From IMG/VR virus record IMGVR_UViG_3300043122_000050: DNA of 64,000 nucleotides. One strand, 5' to 3'. Source of the stretch: a virus. The stretch's first letter is position 1. Each line of letters starts with the position of its first letter. Both the position numbers and the translations under genes were made by a program. Positions 25,901 to 35,366 of the stretch are shown one piece after another. The notes below the pieces were generated by a model. It searched no databases and was not told where the DNA came from. It saw only the letters and a list, made by a program, of their open reading frames with translations.

Positions 25901-25916
25901 CTAATTGGAGGGAATT

Positions 25917-26489
25917 ATGGATAAGAAGCTTCTAGCAGTGGACGTAGACTGTGTGGCTGTAGATAGCGCTTATGCTTGGTATAGGTGGTTGGAAGATGTA
26001 ACCAAAGCTGGGTTTGATTATGAGTGGATTAGTCAGTGGTATGACTTCTCGATTCCCTATGGCCCTATCTGGGATCATAAGAATATTGGAGGTACGCCCT
26101 TTGACTACTGGCGGGCTAAAGGGATTTATGATAGCCTAGAGCCAATGGAAGGTTGTGTAGATGCTCTTGAAGAAGCGTCTAAAGACTTTGACATTGTGTT
26201 TATCAGCCAGCATAAAGGGGATCATGGTAAGAGCAAATACTATTTCCTTGATAAGTATTTTCCCTTTAAAGAGGCAGTTATGCTAACGAAAGAGAAGTAC
26301 GTTATGAATAGTGCTGTGGTAGCAATGATTGACGATAGGAAATCTCAACTAAAGGGGTTTGATCTGGATAAGAGGATTCTATTCAAAACTCCACACATGC
26401 AAGATGTTGAGTGCGATGTTTTTACAACACTTGATGGTTGGGATTTAAATAGGTTTAAGGGTTTGATAGAAATTTTGAAATCTCGTTAA
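25917..26489 (+). CDS. HAD-family 5'(3')-deoxyribonucleotidase-like hydrolase. Start moved to 25917
   Basis: DxDxV motif (AVDVDCV) near the N-terminus. GGAGGGA RBS. Confidence 0.6.
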   Translation: MDKKLLAVDVDCVAVDSAYAWYRWLEDVTKAGFDYEWISQWYDFSIPYGPIWDHKNIGGTPFDYWRAKGIYDSLEPMEGCVDALEEASKDFDIVFISQHKGDHGKSKYYFLDKYFPFKEAVMLTKEKYVMNSAVVAMIDDRKSQLKGFDLDKRILFKTPHMQDVECDVFTTLDGWDLNRFKGLIEILKSR

Positions 26490-26498
26490 GGAGGGGTT

Positions 26499-26738
26499 AT
26501 GTTAAAAGATCAACTAGGGCAAGAAATTAAAGTTGGAACTATATTAATACGTCCTGAACTATACAATAAGGCTGCTCGTTTCCGTGTAGTGAAAGTTGTA
26601 GAGCTTACAGATAAGTCCTTCAAATATGTAACTCTATTACCACGTAAAAATGCTCAGGTGAGGTTGTGTAGAATGGCGAACTGTTGTCTAGTTGTTCCTG
26701 AAATCATTATGAATTACTGGAGTATTCTGGAGGGATAA
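26499..26738 (+). CDS. Hypothetical protein, 79 aa
   Basis: AAGGAGGGG RBS. Confidence 0.7.
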   Translation: MLKDQLGQEIKVGTILIRPELYNKAARFRVVKVVELTDKSFKYVTLLPRKNAQVRLCRMANCCLVVPEIIMNYWSILEG

Positions 26739-27421
26739 TGAACGTAATAGCATTCACTGGCATGAAGCGTAGTGGGAAGGATTCTGCTGCTTCATTCCTA
26801 ATTAAACATTTCCCAGACCAATACCTTCCTGTATCATTTGCAGCTCCTTTGAAGGCTGTATGTGAGAAGTATTGGGGAGGTTATGGGATTAGCGAACAAG
26901 ACAGGGAATTGGTACGTGTTTTTAGGCTTCAATTCAGGGATATCGTCAAGGGGATGGGAGAGCTAGGATACTCGGCAAGCCTCGCATATTCCTTCACAGA
27001 ACGTGTGATTGATGTATTCTCTGATTACATTGTCAGTGTAGATGAGAGGTTTATTGAAATCTCTTGCTCATACAGAACAATCCTTCAGCTTGTAGGAACA
27101 GATATTTGTCGTCACTTCAATGATACGATTTGGATTGACAAGGCTAAGAAAGCAATTGATAATGTACATGCTCTGGGAAAGGATGTAGTGATCACAGACC
27201 TACGGTTTGATAATGAAGCTCATATGCTTAGTGAAGAATATAATGCTTTCATTGTTGAAGTTAAAAGGGAATTGTGCTATAATCCCTCCCAGTTACAGAG
27301 GCATGATTCTGAGAAAGGGTTGTCCACTGAGTACGTAGATTATATTATTTACAATACAGGGACACTTGAGGAATATGAGAGTAAAGTATTGAATTTGATT
27401 GGAGGAAATAATGGATTATAA
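26738..27421 (+). CDS. Deoxynucleoside monophosphate kinase-like P-loop protein
   Basis: P-loop FTGMKRSGKDS at the N-terminus. Lies in the nucleotide-metabolism cluster. Confidence 0.6.
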   Translation: MNVIAFTGMKRSGKDSAASFLIKHFPDQYLPVSFAAPLKAVCEKYWGGYGISEQDRELVRVFRLQFRDIVKGMGELGYSASLAYSFTERVIDVFSDYIVSVDERFIEISCSYRTILQLVGTDICRHFNDTIWIDKAKKAIDNVHALGKDVVITDLRFDNEAHMLSEEYNAFIVEVKRELCYNPSQLQRHDSEKGLSTEYVDYIIYNTGTLEEYESKVLNLIGGNNGL

Positions 27422-27788
27422 AGCGATTCAAGGTTTGCAAGATTTGGTGTATAAGAATAATGTAGAAGCTGGGTGGTGGACTAACCTAGACACAGGAGAG
27501 TTGAAAGCTAAGGGTAATATTACAGAAATCCTTGCTAAGCTGGCTCTTGTACACAGTGAAGTCAGTGAGGCTCTTGAAGGAGTTCGTAAGGACTTGATGG
27601 ACGATAAACTCCCTCATCGTAAGATGGTAGAGGTTGAACTAGCAGATGCTGTAATCCGTATCCTTGACCTCTGTGGTCATGAAGGTTATGATCTTGCTGG
27701 AGCCATTGAAGAGAAGTTGGCTTACAATGCTGTGCGAGAAGATCATAAAGTAGAGAACCGCATGAAGGTTGGCGGTAAGAAGGCATAA
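27411..27788 (+). CDS. MazG-like nucleoside triphosphate pyrophosphohydrolase. Start moved to 27411
   Basis: HSEVSEALE and EVELADAVIRILD helices (EExxE/D-type metal site). GGAGGA RBS. Confidence 0.7.
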   Translation: MDYKAIQGLQDLVYKNNVEAGWWTNLDTGELKAKGNITEILAKLALVHSEVSEALEGVRKDLMDDKLPHRKMVEVELADAVIRILDLCGHEGYDLAGAIEEKLAYNAVREDHKVENRMKVGGKKA

Positions 27789-27797
27789 GGAGGAAGA

Positions 27798-28061
27798 ATG
27801 AATTATAAAATTACTGTAGTGTCGGCAAGCTGGTGCAAAAATTGCGGCACACTTAAAGATTCTCTTACACAAGCAAACATCATTTACCACATGATTGATT
27901 CTGATTCGGATCAAGGGATGGAGTATTGTACAGAGCATGGGATCAGAGGTCTTCCAACAACTATCATTACAGATGAAGCTGGGGAGGTTGTTCGTAAGGT
28001 GGTAGGATTGCAACCAGCTAAGGTGTTCCAAGAATATGCCAGTAAAGAAGTGGAGGTGTAA
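27798..28061 (+). CDS. Glutaredoxin/NrdH-like redoxin
   Basis: CKNC active site near the N-terminus and the GLPT motif. Adjacent to the RNR genes. Confidence 0.75.
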   Translation: MNYKITVVSASWCKNCGTLKDSLTQANIIYHMIDSDSDQGMEYCTEHGIRGLPTTIITDEAGEVVRKVVGLQPAKVFQEYASKEVEV

Positions 28062-28733
28062 GTGAGAGGGATTAAAGTAGAACTGCTGGATTGGATGGGT
28101 AATGATTTAGACATTGCAAACGCTGCACGGGTATCATTTAATAAAGAGAGTGAAGAGTTTACATTCCGAGCTGACAAGCCAAAAGGTAGTGATGAAGGCT
28201 TGATTGAGTATCTGGCAAAGTATGACCACTGGACTCCATTCGCCCATACAGCTTTGAAGTTCCGTGTAGCAGCTCCTGTACCAATCCGTACACAATGTTT
28301 TAAACACAAAGTGGGGATGGTGGAGAATGAGGAGAGTCGTCGGTATATTAGTTCTACACCAGAAATATTTGTTCCTGAATTCTTCCGAACTAAGCCAGAA
28401 GGAAGTATTAAGCAAGGGAGTGCTGGTAAACACTACCAGTCTGACCTCTGGATCAGGGAGTATGAAGAAACTGCTGAGCGTTCAGTTAACCTATACTTGG
28501 AAATGATTGAAGATGGGGTGTGCCCAGAACAAGCACGGTTTATTCTCCCACAAGGTACTATCGTTAATTGGATTTGGACTGGTAATCTTATGAGTTTTGC
28601 CAACTTCTATAACAAGCGTACTGACCCAACAGCGCAGAAAGAAGTAGAACAAGTTGCTACGCAATTAGGAAATCTCGTTAAAGATATTTTCCCTGTCAGT
28701 TGGAAAGCCCTTACAAATAAGGAGAACGTATGA
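28062..28733 (+). CDS. thyX: Flavin-dependent thymidylate synthase ThyX, GTG start
   Basis: HWTPFAH and the ..ESRRY.. block are present. The signature RHR reads KHK here. Confidence 0.75.
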   Translation: MRGIKVELLDWMGNDLDIANAARVSFNKESEEFTFRADKPKGSDEGLIEYLAKYDHWTPFAHTALKFRVAAPVPIRTQCFKHKVGMVENEESRRYISSTPEIFVPEFFRTKPEGSIKQGSAGKHYQSDLWIREYEETAERSVNLYLEMIEDGVCPEQARFILPQGTIVNWIWTGNLMSFANFYNKRTDPTAQKEVEQVATQLGNLVKDIFPVSWKALTNKENV

Positions 28734-29101
28734 GTACACAATGGTTTAAGAGCTATCAATACCTTTCAGAAGCAGACCTTCAGAAACTATCTTTCTGGAC
28801 AGAAGACTTCCCAGAAACAAATCCAGAAGCATTCAAAGATATTCTATTTCAACACGGAGCTGAGGTTTCACAAGAGATTGAATGTGTAACAGATACACAT
28901 CGTATGCGTACAAGTAATCAAACACATACAGGTAAGCGTTGGGTGTTTGTTGAACGTCAAGATCGTGATTATTTGAATAGTGGTATTGCATCTATGGAAG
29001 CTTGGATTGCCTCTTCTGATGAATCTACACGAGAAGATATGATGAATATGAGCCGTCGATACCAATTACCAAGTAAGAAAGAAAAGGAGAGTGGAGTTTG
29101 A
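28730..29101 (+). CDS. Hypothetical protein, 123 aa
   Basis: AAGGAGAA RBS. ATGA overlap. Confidence 0.65.
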   Translation: MSTQWFKSYQYLSEADLQKLSFWTEDFPETNPEAFKDILFQHGAEVSQEIECVTDTHRMRTSNQTHTGKRWVFVERQDRDYLNSGIASMEAWIASSDESTREDMMNMSRRYQLPSKKEKESGV

Positions 29102-31275
29102 AAGTACAGAAACGTAATAACACTCTTGAAGAGTTTGATGTAGAAAAGATTAAACAGGTGATTGACTGGGCATGTGAAGGTTTGGATGTAAACCCTCTGG
29201 CACTAGAGGCAAAGTTTGATGAATTCCTATTTGATGGTATTCAGACTATAATCCTCCAAAAGAACCTGATTGAACATTGTAAAGCCTTAGTATCTCCACA
29301 AGAGCCGGACTGGGTTTTTGTAGCAGGGCGACTTAAGACGATGAATCGTTGGGCTGACACTCATAGTTATGAGATTGAGTTTACTGAGTTCGTTGCTCAG
29401 CAGAAGAACCTTGGTATCTGGACTCATGAAGCTTTCTTTGCCTACTCTACACAGGAGTTGGAAGAGATTGGCACTTGGATTGACAAAGAGTATGACCTTA
29501 ATCACTCCTATGCTTCAGTAGTAACAGCAGAAAGTAAATACTTGATGTCCAATGAGTGTATCCAGCACATGTTTATTGGTGAGGCAATGATCTGTGCCTT
29601 TGTTGAGAAGGCTGCTGAAGATCGGATGAAGTGGTGTAAAATCTTCTTCGAGCGCTTCCGTAAACGTAAGCATAGCTTAGCTTCACCTTGGCTTTCAAAC
29701 TTGCGTGGTAATGGTAATATCAGCAGTTGCTTTATTATTGCTCCAGAGGATTCGCTGGTAAGCATCTTCGATAACAATAAGAATGCGGCTTTGATTAGTC
29801 AAGCTGGTGGTGGTCTTGGTTATTATCTTGGCTTCTTGCGAGCATCTGGTTCTAATTTGATGGGTAATGAAGGTGCTGCTGGTGGGATTGTTGGTTGGGT
29901 TAAGATTCTGAATGACATTGCAGTGTATGTTAACCAAGGTGGGAAGCGTGCTGGAGCAATTACAACAGCTCTTCCTATCTGGCACGCTGATATTGCATCT
30001 TTCTTGGACTTGCAAACAGAGGCTGGTGATCAGCGTTCTAAGGCACACGATGTAATGCTGCAAGTGACAATGCATGATTTGTTCATGGAAATGAAGGATG
30101 ACCCTGAAGCAACGTGGTATACTTTCTGCCCTTATGAGGTTAAACAGGCTCTTGGTATTGACTTGCCTGAGTGTTACTGTGAGGCTTTTGAGAATGCATA
30201 CTATACATGTGTAGAAGCTGCGAATCAGGGTTTACTTAAGGTAGTTCGTAAATTCAATGCTAAAGACCTCTTCAAGAAAATGATGAAGGTTGCTTTTGAA
30301 ACTGGCCTGCCTTATGTACCTTTCATTGATGAGATTAACCGCCACAACCCAAATAAGCATGAAGGTAATATCTATTGTGTAAACTTGTGTGTTGAGTCGT
30401 TTAGTGTAATGAAGCCAGATAAGTATGCACACACATGTAACTTGTTATCCCTGGTTACAGGACGTATTCCGATGGATGAACTGAGTGACGAGGCAGAGAT
30501 TGCAGTACGGATTCTAGACAATGGTATTGAGCTTACTAAGCCTCCAATTGGAGAGTCTATGGAGCATAACAACCGCTACCGTACAATTGGGGTTGGGATT
30601 CTGGGTCTTGCAGACATTGTAGCTCGTGAAGGTTCAAGCTTCGGTAATACTAAGTTTGTCACTGAGGTGGCAGAGCGTATTATGTATGGTTGTGTGAAAG
30701 GGAGTATTCAGCTTGCTAAGGAGCGTGGAGCATACCCAGCGTTCAAGGGTAGTATGTGGGATACAGGAGAGATGATTAGCAAATTCCATAAAGAGTCTGT
30801 TTGTAATGATCTAGATTGGCTAGCCTTGCAAGCTCAGATTAACCTCTATGGTATTCGTAATAGTCAGCTAACCTCCCCAGCTCCTAATACGACAACTGCA
30901 TTGTTCATGGATGCTGGCCCAAGCTGGACTCCAGTGTACTCTGCAATGTACTTTGAAGATAACAAAGATGGCCCTATGCCAGTTGTTGCGATGTACCTGA
31001 AAGAGAACCCACTTTCTTATGCACGTAACATCACCAAGTTTAAACCTTGGGAGTTGACAACTGTGGTATCTGCTGTGCAGAAGTTTACGGACACTGGCAT
31101 CTCTGCTGAGTATCTGATGGACAAGAACCAAGAAGGGTTTAGTGCTAAGTGGTTGTGGGATACTTGGGATCAAGCTTGGAGGAAGAAAACAAAGGCTGTA
31201 TACTACATCCGAACAATTAAGAAGGGTGACAGTTACGTGAAAGATAATGACGTTTGCGTCGGGTGTCAGGGATAA
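29098..31275 (+). CDS. nrdA: Class I ribonucleotide reductase large subunit with an N-terminal ATP-cone, TTG start
   Basis: ATP-cone-like N-terminus (V.KRNN.LEEFD.EKI). Active-site NLCVES. C-terminal CVGCQG redox pair. Confidence 0.9.
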   Translation: MKVQKRNNTLEEFDVEKIKQVIDWACEGLDVNPLALEAKFDEFLFDGIQTIILQKNLIEHCKALVSPQEPDWVFVAGRLKTMNRWADTHSYEIEFTEFVAQQKNLGIWTHEAFFAYSTQELEEIGTWIDKEYDLNHSYASVVTAESKYLMSNECIQHMFIGEAMICAFVEKAAEDRMKWCKIFFERFRKRKHSLASPWLSNLRGNGNISSCFIIAPEDSLVSIFDNNKNAALISQAGGGLGYYLGFLRASGSNLMGNEGAAGGIVGWVKILNDIAVYVNQGGKRAGAITTALPIWHADIASFLDLQTEAGDQRSKAHDVMLQVTMHDLFMEMKDDPEATWYTFCPYEVKQALGIDLPECYCEAFENAYYTCVEAANQGLLKVVRKFNAKDLFKKMMKVAFETGLPYVPFIDEINRHNPNKHEGNIYCVNLCVESFSVMKPDKYAHTCNLLSLVTGRIPMDELSDEAEIAVRILDNGIELTKPPIGESMEHNNRYRTIGVGILGLADIVAREGSSFGNTKFVTEVAERIMYGCVKGSIQLAKERGAYPAFKGSMWDTGEMISKFHKESVCNDLDWLALQAQINLYGIRNSQLTSPAPNTTTALFMDAGPSWTPVYSAMYFEDNKDGPMPVVAMYLKENPLSYARNITKFKPWELTTVVSAVQKFTDTGISAEYLMDKNQEGFSAKWLWDTWDQAWRKKTKAVYYIRTIKKGDSYVKDNDVCVGCQG

Positions 31276-31284
31276 GGAGAAGAA

Positions 31285-32292
31285 ATGTTAAACCGTATTA
31301 AACTATTTAACGAGCTGGGAGGGGACTCGTTCTCCGACCAGTCTCTTTTTGGAGGCAACCCTACAGGAATTTCAAACCTAAACAATATTCGTTATGGGTG
31401 GGTCAATCCACTGTATCGGACAATGGTAGGGAATTTCTGGTTGCCTCAGAAGGTGTCTTTGGTTGAGGATAAACTGAGTGTAAAAACTCTCACTGTAGAA
31501 GAAGACCAAGCTGTGCGCGATACACTGTCTTTCTTGATTTTTCTAGATAGCTTTCAGTCAAACAACCTACCTAACGTGGCCGAGTATATTACTTGCCCCG
31601 GTGTTAAGAACTTGATTGCTATCCAGACTTTTCAAGAGGTTATCCATTCTGAAACTTATCAGTATATTATGGAAGCTCTGTATCCCAGTGTAGAAAGGGA
31701 TGAGATTTATAATCGCTGGCGTACAAACGAGAACCTGATGAAGCGTAATAAGTTTGTTGCTTCGATTGCAGACGAGTTCGTAGACAGTCCAATAGAACAG
31801 AACCTACACAAAGTGTTAGTTGCTAACCTTGTACTGGAAGGGGTTTACTTCTACCAAGGCTTTAACCTGTTTGATCAGCTAGGACACCGTGGTAAGATTG
31901 TAGGGACAAGTAAGGAGATTGACTATATCCGCAGGGATGAGCTTACTCACGTAGGTATTTTTACTAACATGATTAAGGAAGTACGACCTTCTGTCGATCT
32001 TGTACATAGTATATTTGAAGAAGGTGCCACTCAAGAGATTGATTGGTGTAAATCAACCTATGGTAACAAGATTCTTGGTATCTCTGAGACAAGTAGTAAA
32101 GCCTATGTTAAGTGGTTGGTGAATGAACGCCTTGGTCGTATCGGGTATCCAGCTCTGTATGACAATGTGGAGAACCCTTACAAACACATCACTGATTCAG
32201 CCAAGGAGGGTAACAAACGGGAGAACTTCTTTGAAACCTCAGTCACATCCTATGATATGGCAGACTCTGTAGATGGTTGGGATGATCTGTAA
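31285..32292 (+). CDS. nrdB: Class I ribonucleotide reductase small subunit
   Basis: Di-iron ligand blocks EVIHSETY, LEGVYFYQGF and RDELTHV. Confidence 0.9.
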   Translation: MLNRIKLFNELGGDSFSDQSLFGGNPTGISNLNNIRYGWVNPLYRTMVGNFWLPQKVSLVEDKLSVKTLTVEEDQAVRDTLSFLIFLDSFQSNNLPNVAEYITCPGVKNLIAIQTFQEVIHSETYQYIMEALYPSVERDEIYNRWRTNENLMKRNKFVASIADEFVDSPIEQNLHKVLVANLVLEGVYFYQGFNLFDQLGHRGKIVGTSKEIDYIRRDELTHVGIFTNMIKEVRPSVDLVHSIFEEGATQEIDWCKSTYGNKILGISETSSKAYVKWLVNERLGRIGYPALYDNVENPYKHITDSAKEGNKRENFFETSVTSYDMADSVDGWDDL

Positions 32293-32328
32293 GATGAGCT
32301 TTACAAAGACAATATGATGATGTAATCT

Positions 32329-32359
32329 AATCCCTATGACTCACGTTGTAGGGATTTTT
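32329..32359 (+). terminator. Rho-independent terminator after nrdB
   Basis: AATCCCTA/TAGGGATT stem followed by TTT. Confidence 0.6.
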
Positions 32360-32375
32360 CTATGGAGGATATTAA

Positions 32376-32645
32376 ATGAACACAGTGTTTATACAGAAAG
32401 ATGGAGGGTTTGAGGTATCTTTTATCTGGTCAGAGGATATCAGTACGTTAAAGAATTTATTAACTGCATACCACGAAGATGTTCTTTCTTTTGGGGATGA
32501 ATCTCTTGGTTACTACACCGAAGATTTTGAAGCAATCTGCTCAGCTTGTAATGTTGTTTTTGATGAGGTGATTATTATTGAAAATGATGAAGGATGTGGG
32601 TATGACTTCATTAAGTCTTGTGTGGGGATGTTAAATGAACAATGA
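32376..32645 (+). CDS. Small acidic protein, 89 aa
   Basis: TGGAGGA RBS. Confidence 0.7.
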   Translation: MNTVFIQKDGGFEVSFIWSEDISTLKNLLTAYHEDVLSFGDESLGYYTEDFEAICSACNVVFDEVIIIENDEGCGYDFIKSCVGMLNEQ

Positions 32646-32820
32646 AACTAATCCTAAAACTACTAAACTCATCCAAGGAGGGTGGATGGATTTCCTAAAA
32701 CAAGTGAGGGATTCTTCTGAAAAAGAATTGACAGAGAATCAAGTGAAAGATATGATGAAGCTCTATATCACTGGCACTTCTGTTGAAGAAGCTTTGAAGA
32801 CATTTAAGAAGGGTATATAG
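32635..32820 (+). CDS. Hypothetical protein, 61 aa
   Basis: ORF overlaps the upstream stop. RBS is weak. Confidence 0.5.
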   Translation: MNNETNPKTTKLIQGGWMDFLKQVRDSSEKELTENQVKDMMKLYITGTSVEEALKTFKKGI

Positions 32821-32829
32821 GTGGATAAT

Positions 32830-33171
32830 ATGAATAGTAAACCTCCAAAGATTTACTTTGCAGAGGTGCACACAGGAGGGAGTAGTGAGAGGACTGCTCT
32901 AGGTTATATTCCTAAAGGGTATGAGATGTTCTGTAATTTCATGCCTGTTAAGTTAAACCATAAATCTGACGATGGTAACACTTTCCGTTTAAAATGTCCT
33001 GAAGATGGTAAAGTGTTGCCAGCAAATACTTTTGTACTGTGGCAAAATGAACATGGGAGCCGTTATACATTTGAAGAGTTCTTTGAAGATATGCAAATGC
33101 TTGGATATGAGGTAATCTTGTTACCAAAAGGAATTAATAATTCTTTGAGCGGAGTGGTAGCTTATGTGTAG
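32830..33171 (+). CDS. Small protein, paralog family R4 (..EEFFEDMQMLGYEV..). Start moved to 32830
   Basis: AGGTGGA RBS 6 nt before the ATG at 32830. Paralogous to 33164..33508. Confidence 0.6.
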   Translation: MNSKPPKIYFAEVHTGGSSERTALGYIPKGYEMFCNFMPVKLNHKSDDGNTFRLKCPEDGKVLPANTFVLWQNEHGSRYTFEEFFEDMQMLGYEVILLPKGINNSLSGVVAYV

Positions 33172-33508
33172 GGTAATTATAATGAATAAAGCTTATATTG
33201 ATTTGTTAGACTTACCAACAAATGCAGTCCTTGTATACATTCCAGAAAACCCTGAACCTATCAATAATCTACTTAACACTAAGTTTCCAAATGGATTCTG
33301 TGGCGAGGATGAAGTGTGGGGTAACGGGTATCAGGATTCTGTGATAAACAATATTAAACAATTAGTAGTGTGGTTCTATTGTAACGTCTATTCACACAAA
33401 GAATTTCTTGAGGATATGGATATGCTTGGCTACACTGTTGTTAGAATAAGTCAGACATTCCATAATTTTGACAAGATGGAGAAGTATATCGAGGAGAACA
33501 ACCTATGA
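33164..33508 (+). CDS. Small protein, family R4 (..KEFLEDMDMLGYTV..)
   Basis: Shares the C-terminal block with the previous gene. The start is uncertain (33164 or 33182). Confidence 0.6.
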   Translation: MCRVIIMNKAYIDLLDLPTNAVLVYIPENPEPINNLLNTKFPNGFCGEDEVWGNGYQDSVINNIKQLVVWFYCNVYSHKEFLEDMDMLGYTVVRISQTFHNFDKMEKYIEENNL

Positions 33509-33840
33509 CAGATACAAAGATTATCTACATTCAAGATGATCGTAGGGATTGCACAACAATCCAATTCTGTTATTCTGAAGATATGCAACCAATTGATAAT
33601 TGGATAGAGGCTGTATATGGGGAAGATAAAGAGGATGTGTTCCATGATCATTGGCAACAGCTAACCCCTATTACCTTCACAGGGATTAGAAACTTAGAGA
33701 CAACAAAGTTAAGTGTTGATGATTTCATATGCATGTGTAACACCCTAGACTATGTTGTAAAAAGAGTTAAGAATGAACTTACAAATGGTGGTGGTTTCAA
33801 AATCTCTTGCCTTGAAGCTTATCCATGGGATTTCAAGTAA
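33505..33840 (+). CDS. Hypothetical protein, 111 aa. Last gene of the rightward block
   Basis: GAGGAGAA RBS. Confidence 0.7.
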   Translation: MTDTKIIYIQDDRRDCTTIQFCYSEDMQPIDNWIEAVYGEDKEDVFHDHWQQLTPITFTGIRNLETTKLSVDDFICMCNTLDYVVKRVKNELTNGGGFKISCLEAYPWDFK

Positions 33841-33863
33841 CTGTTTACTTTTCTGCAATTAAC

Positions 33864-33892
33864 AAAAAGCCCGCCATAAAGGCGGGCATAAT
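33864..33892. terminator. Bidirectional terminator between the convergent transcription blocks
   Basis: AAAAA-GCCCGCC-ATAAA-GGCGGGC-ATAATTATT. Confidence 0.75.
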
Positions 33893-33900
33893 TATTCTTA

Positions 33901-34224
33901 TTATTGTTTATTCTTATTATTGTCTTTTACATCTCCCTTCAAAGCTTCATCCTTGACATTCAGCTCCTCTAAGATCAGGGAGTATCTCCTTTGATTCAAA
34001 TAGACATCACTCTCAATCTTCTTGTTGAGTTTATCTAGGGAGTCTAGATATCCCTGCCTCTCCCTGTCCATCCTCTCTTCTAGCTCTTTCCTTAGAATCA
34101 TCAACTCATAGTCTGCCTTGTGTGTCCTAGTGGCCAACCCCACAGAAACGGAAACACTCCCAACTAATCCAACAGACAGAAGTATCATCACCGCCATCAT
34201 GATAAAATCAGATTTTCTCTGCAT
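33901..34224 (-). CDS. N-terminal TM plus coiled-coil protein, 107 aa
   Basis: AAGGGG RBS. One TM helix, then heptad-like charged sequence. Confidence 0.65.
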   Translation of the reverse strand: MQRKSDFIMMAVMILLSVGLVGSVSVSVGLATRTHKADYELMILRKELEERMDRERQGYLDSLDKLNKKIESDVYLNQRRYSLILEELNVKDEALKGDVKDNNKNKQ

Positions 34225-34241
34225 GAGTGGCCCCTTGACAA

Positions 34242-34538
34242 CTACTTGTTATTATATCTCTGTTGTAACTCCAATTGTTTAAGAATGATATCCATCTTAT
34301 TGTTGAGGTCGCCAATGCGAGTATCAACGAAGGAGATGATTTCTTGTTTAGTTGTTTGAAGCTTCTGCTCTGTAACTGCTGTGGCTTGGAGTTGATAAAT
34401 ACGCTCTTCAAGTTTCTGCACTTGTGATTGCTGCCATGTAAGGCCCAATACAAGAAAAGGAATTAGAAACTTACTGATTGTATCTACTACAATCTTCCAT
34501 CCACCATCATCACTGTTTTGCTGATTCCTTGTTGTCAT
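34242..34538 (-). CDS. TM plus coiled-coil protein, 98 aa
   Basis: One TM helix (FLIPFLVLGLTW), then a coiled-coil-like segment. Confidence 0.55.
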   Translation of the reverse strand: MTTRNQQNSDDGGWKIVVDTISKFLIPFLVLGLTWQQSQVQKLEERIYQLQATAVTEQKLQTTKQEIISFVDTRIGDLNNKMDIILKQLELQQRYNNK

Positions 34539-34812
34539 ACAATTGATTAGCCTCTTCTATAAACTTTCTAGCTGCTTTGAGGCGATTATTACACTCTGCA
34601 ACTTTCTTAGCTGATTTTATATAGGAGCTGGAAACACTGTAGAAAGCAGATTCATAAGAGTCTCCTAGTTCCCCTACATCACTAAATCCACAATCACTCA
34701 GGAGGTGCTGTGGAGGGGCAAGCACTACGGTTTCCTGCAAGACAAGCTGCTTCTGAGAGCAACCGCTTATGCTCAGAAAGATCAAGCTTGACAACAACAT
34801 CTTCTTCAACAT
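34510..34812 (-). CDS. Outer-membrane lipoprotein, o-spanin candidate. Its start is embedded in the i-spanin gene
   Basis: Signal peptide with the lipobox LSISGC. Overlaps the 3' end of 34694..35128 in another frame. Confidence 0.6.
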   Translation of the reverse strand: MLKKMLLSSLIFLSISGCSQKQLVLQETVVLAPPQHLLSDCGFSDVGELGDSYESAFYSVSSSYIKSAKKVAECNNRLKAARKFIEEANQLYDNKESAKQ

Positions 34813-35128
34813 CTGTAATTGCTCTCTGTGTTAGGAGAGGCTTACAAGACTTCCCCTTTAGTCCACTGAATTTAGCCTCTAAATCATCGAACTTCTCTTT
34901 GGTAGTATCTTGGTCAAGGAAAAGCTCAGCGATGATTTCTTCGTGTTTTTTACGTAGACTTTGAGCCTTTTGAAGCTCTTCTGAAGACTTCTCTAAGGAC
35001 TCCCTGAGTGTCTTTACCCTGAGTTCACTAACATCTAAAGATTTACTCTTAGAATCAAGCATTAGGTAAAGACCACTACAAGCTAGTGAGAGAGTTAGCA
35101 CGACCCCTAATAGAATCTTAGTCAGCAT
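34694..35128 (-). CDS. i-spanin candidate (N-terminal TM plus periplasmic coiled coil). Start moved to 35128
   Basis: AGGAGGCAGAGG directly precedes the ATG at 35128. Begins MLTKILLGVVLTLSL (TM helix), followed by charged helical sequence. Confidence 0.6.
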   Translation of the reverse strand: MLTKILLGVVLTLSLACSGLYLMLDSKSKSLDVSELRVKTLRESLEKSSEELQKAQSLRKKHEEIIAELFLDQDTTKEKFDDLEAKFSGLKGKSCKPLLTQRAITDVEEDVVVKLDLSEHKRLLSEAACLAGNRSACPSTAPPE

Positions 35129-35366
35129 CCTCTGCCTCCTTATCACATTCCATAACGTCATCAAGGTTCTGATCAACAAAACGGCCAGCAACCCCCAGAA
35201 GGCCAAGAAAGAGAGCACAACCAACCAGAATAGGGAACGCAAGCTCACTAGATAATACTCCCAATACTGATAACCCGGATACAGATAAAGCAATTAGGAA
35301 GTTAGCTGCCATTGAAAGGAAGCTGTAAGACTTAATAATCTTCTTTTTATTTGGTAGAAGTTTCAT
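35118..35366 (-). CDS. Class II holin / pinholin candidate (2 TM helices, acidic C-terminus)
   Basis: Two hydrophobic helices, then DKEAEDAD. Lies directly downstream of the endolysin. The start is uncertain (35366 ATG or 35387 TTG). Confidence 0.55.
   Translation of the reverse strand: MKLLPNKKKIIKSYSFLSMAANFLIALSVSGLSVLGVLSSELAFPILVGCALFLGLLGVAGRFVDQNLDDVMECDKEAEDAD

Noticed and set aside
16488-31275. Inteins or further introns in the primase-helicase, DNA polymerase, nrdA or nrdB genes
   Set aside because: These ORFs are continuous and of normal length, and their catalytic motifs are contiguous. No conserved intron core words (GATATAGTC / AACGACTA) were seen on the coding strand.
32300-32328. 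Promoter-like TTTACA, 17 nt, TAATCT after nrdB
   Set aside because: It is immediately followed by the nrdB terminator hairpin, so a transcript starting there would terminate at once. It is probably a chance match in AT-rich DNA.
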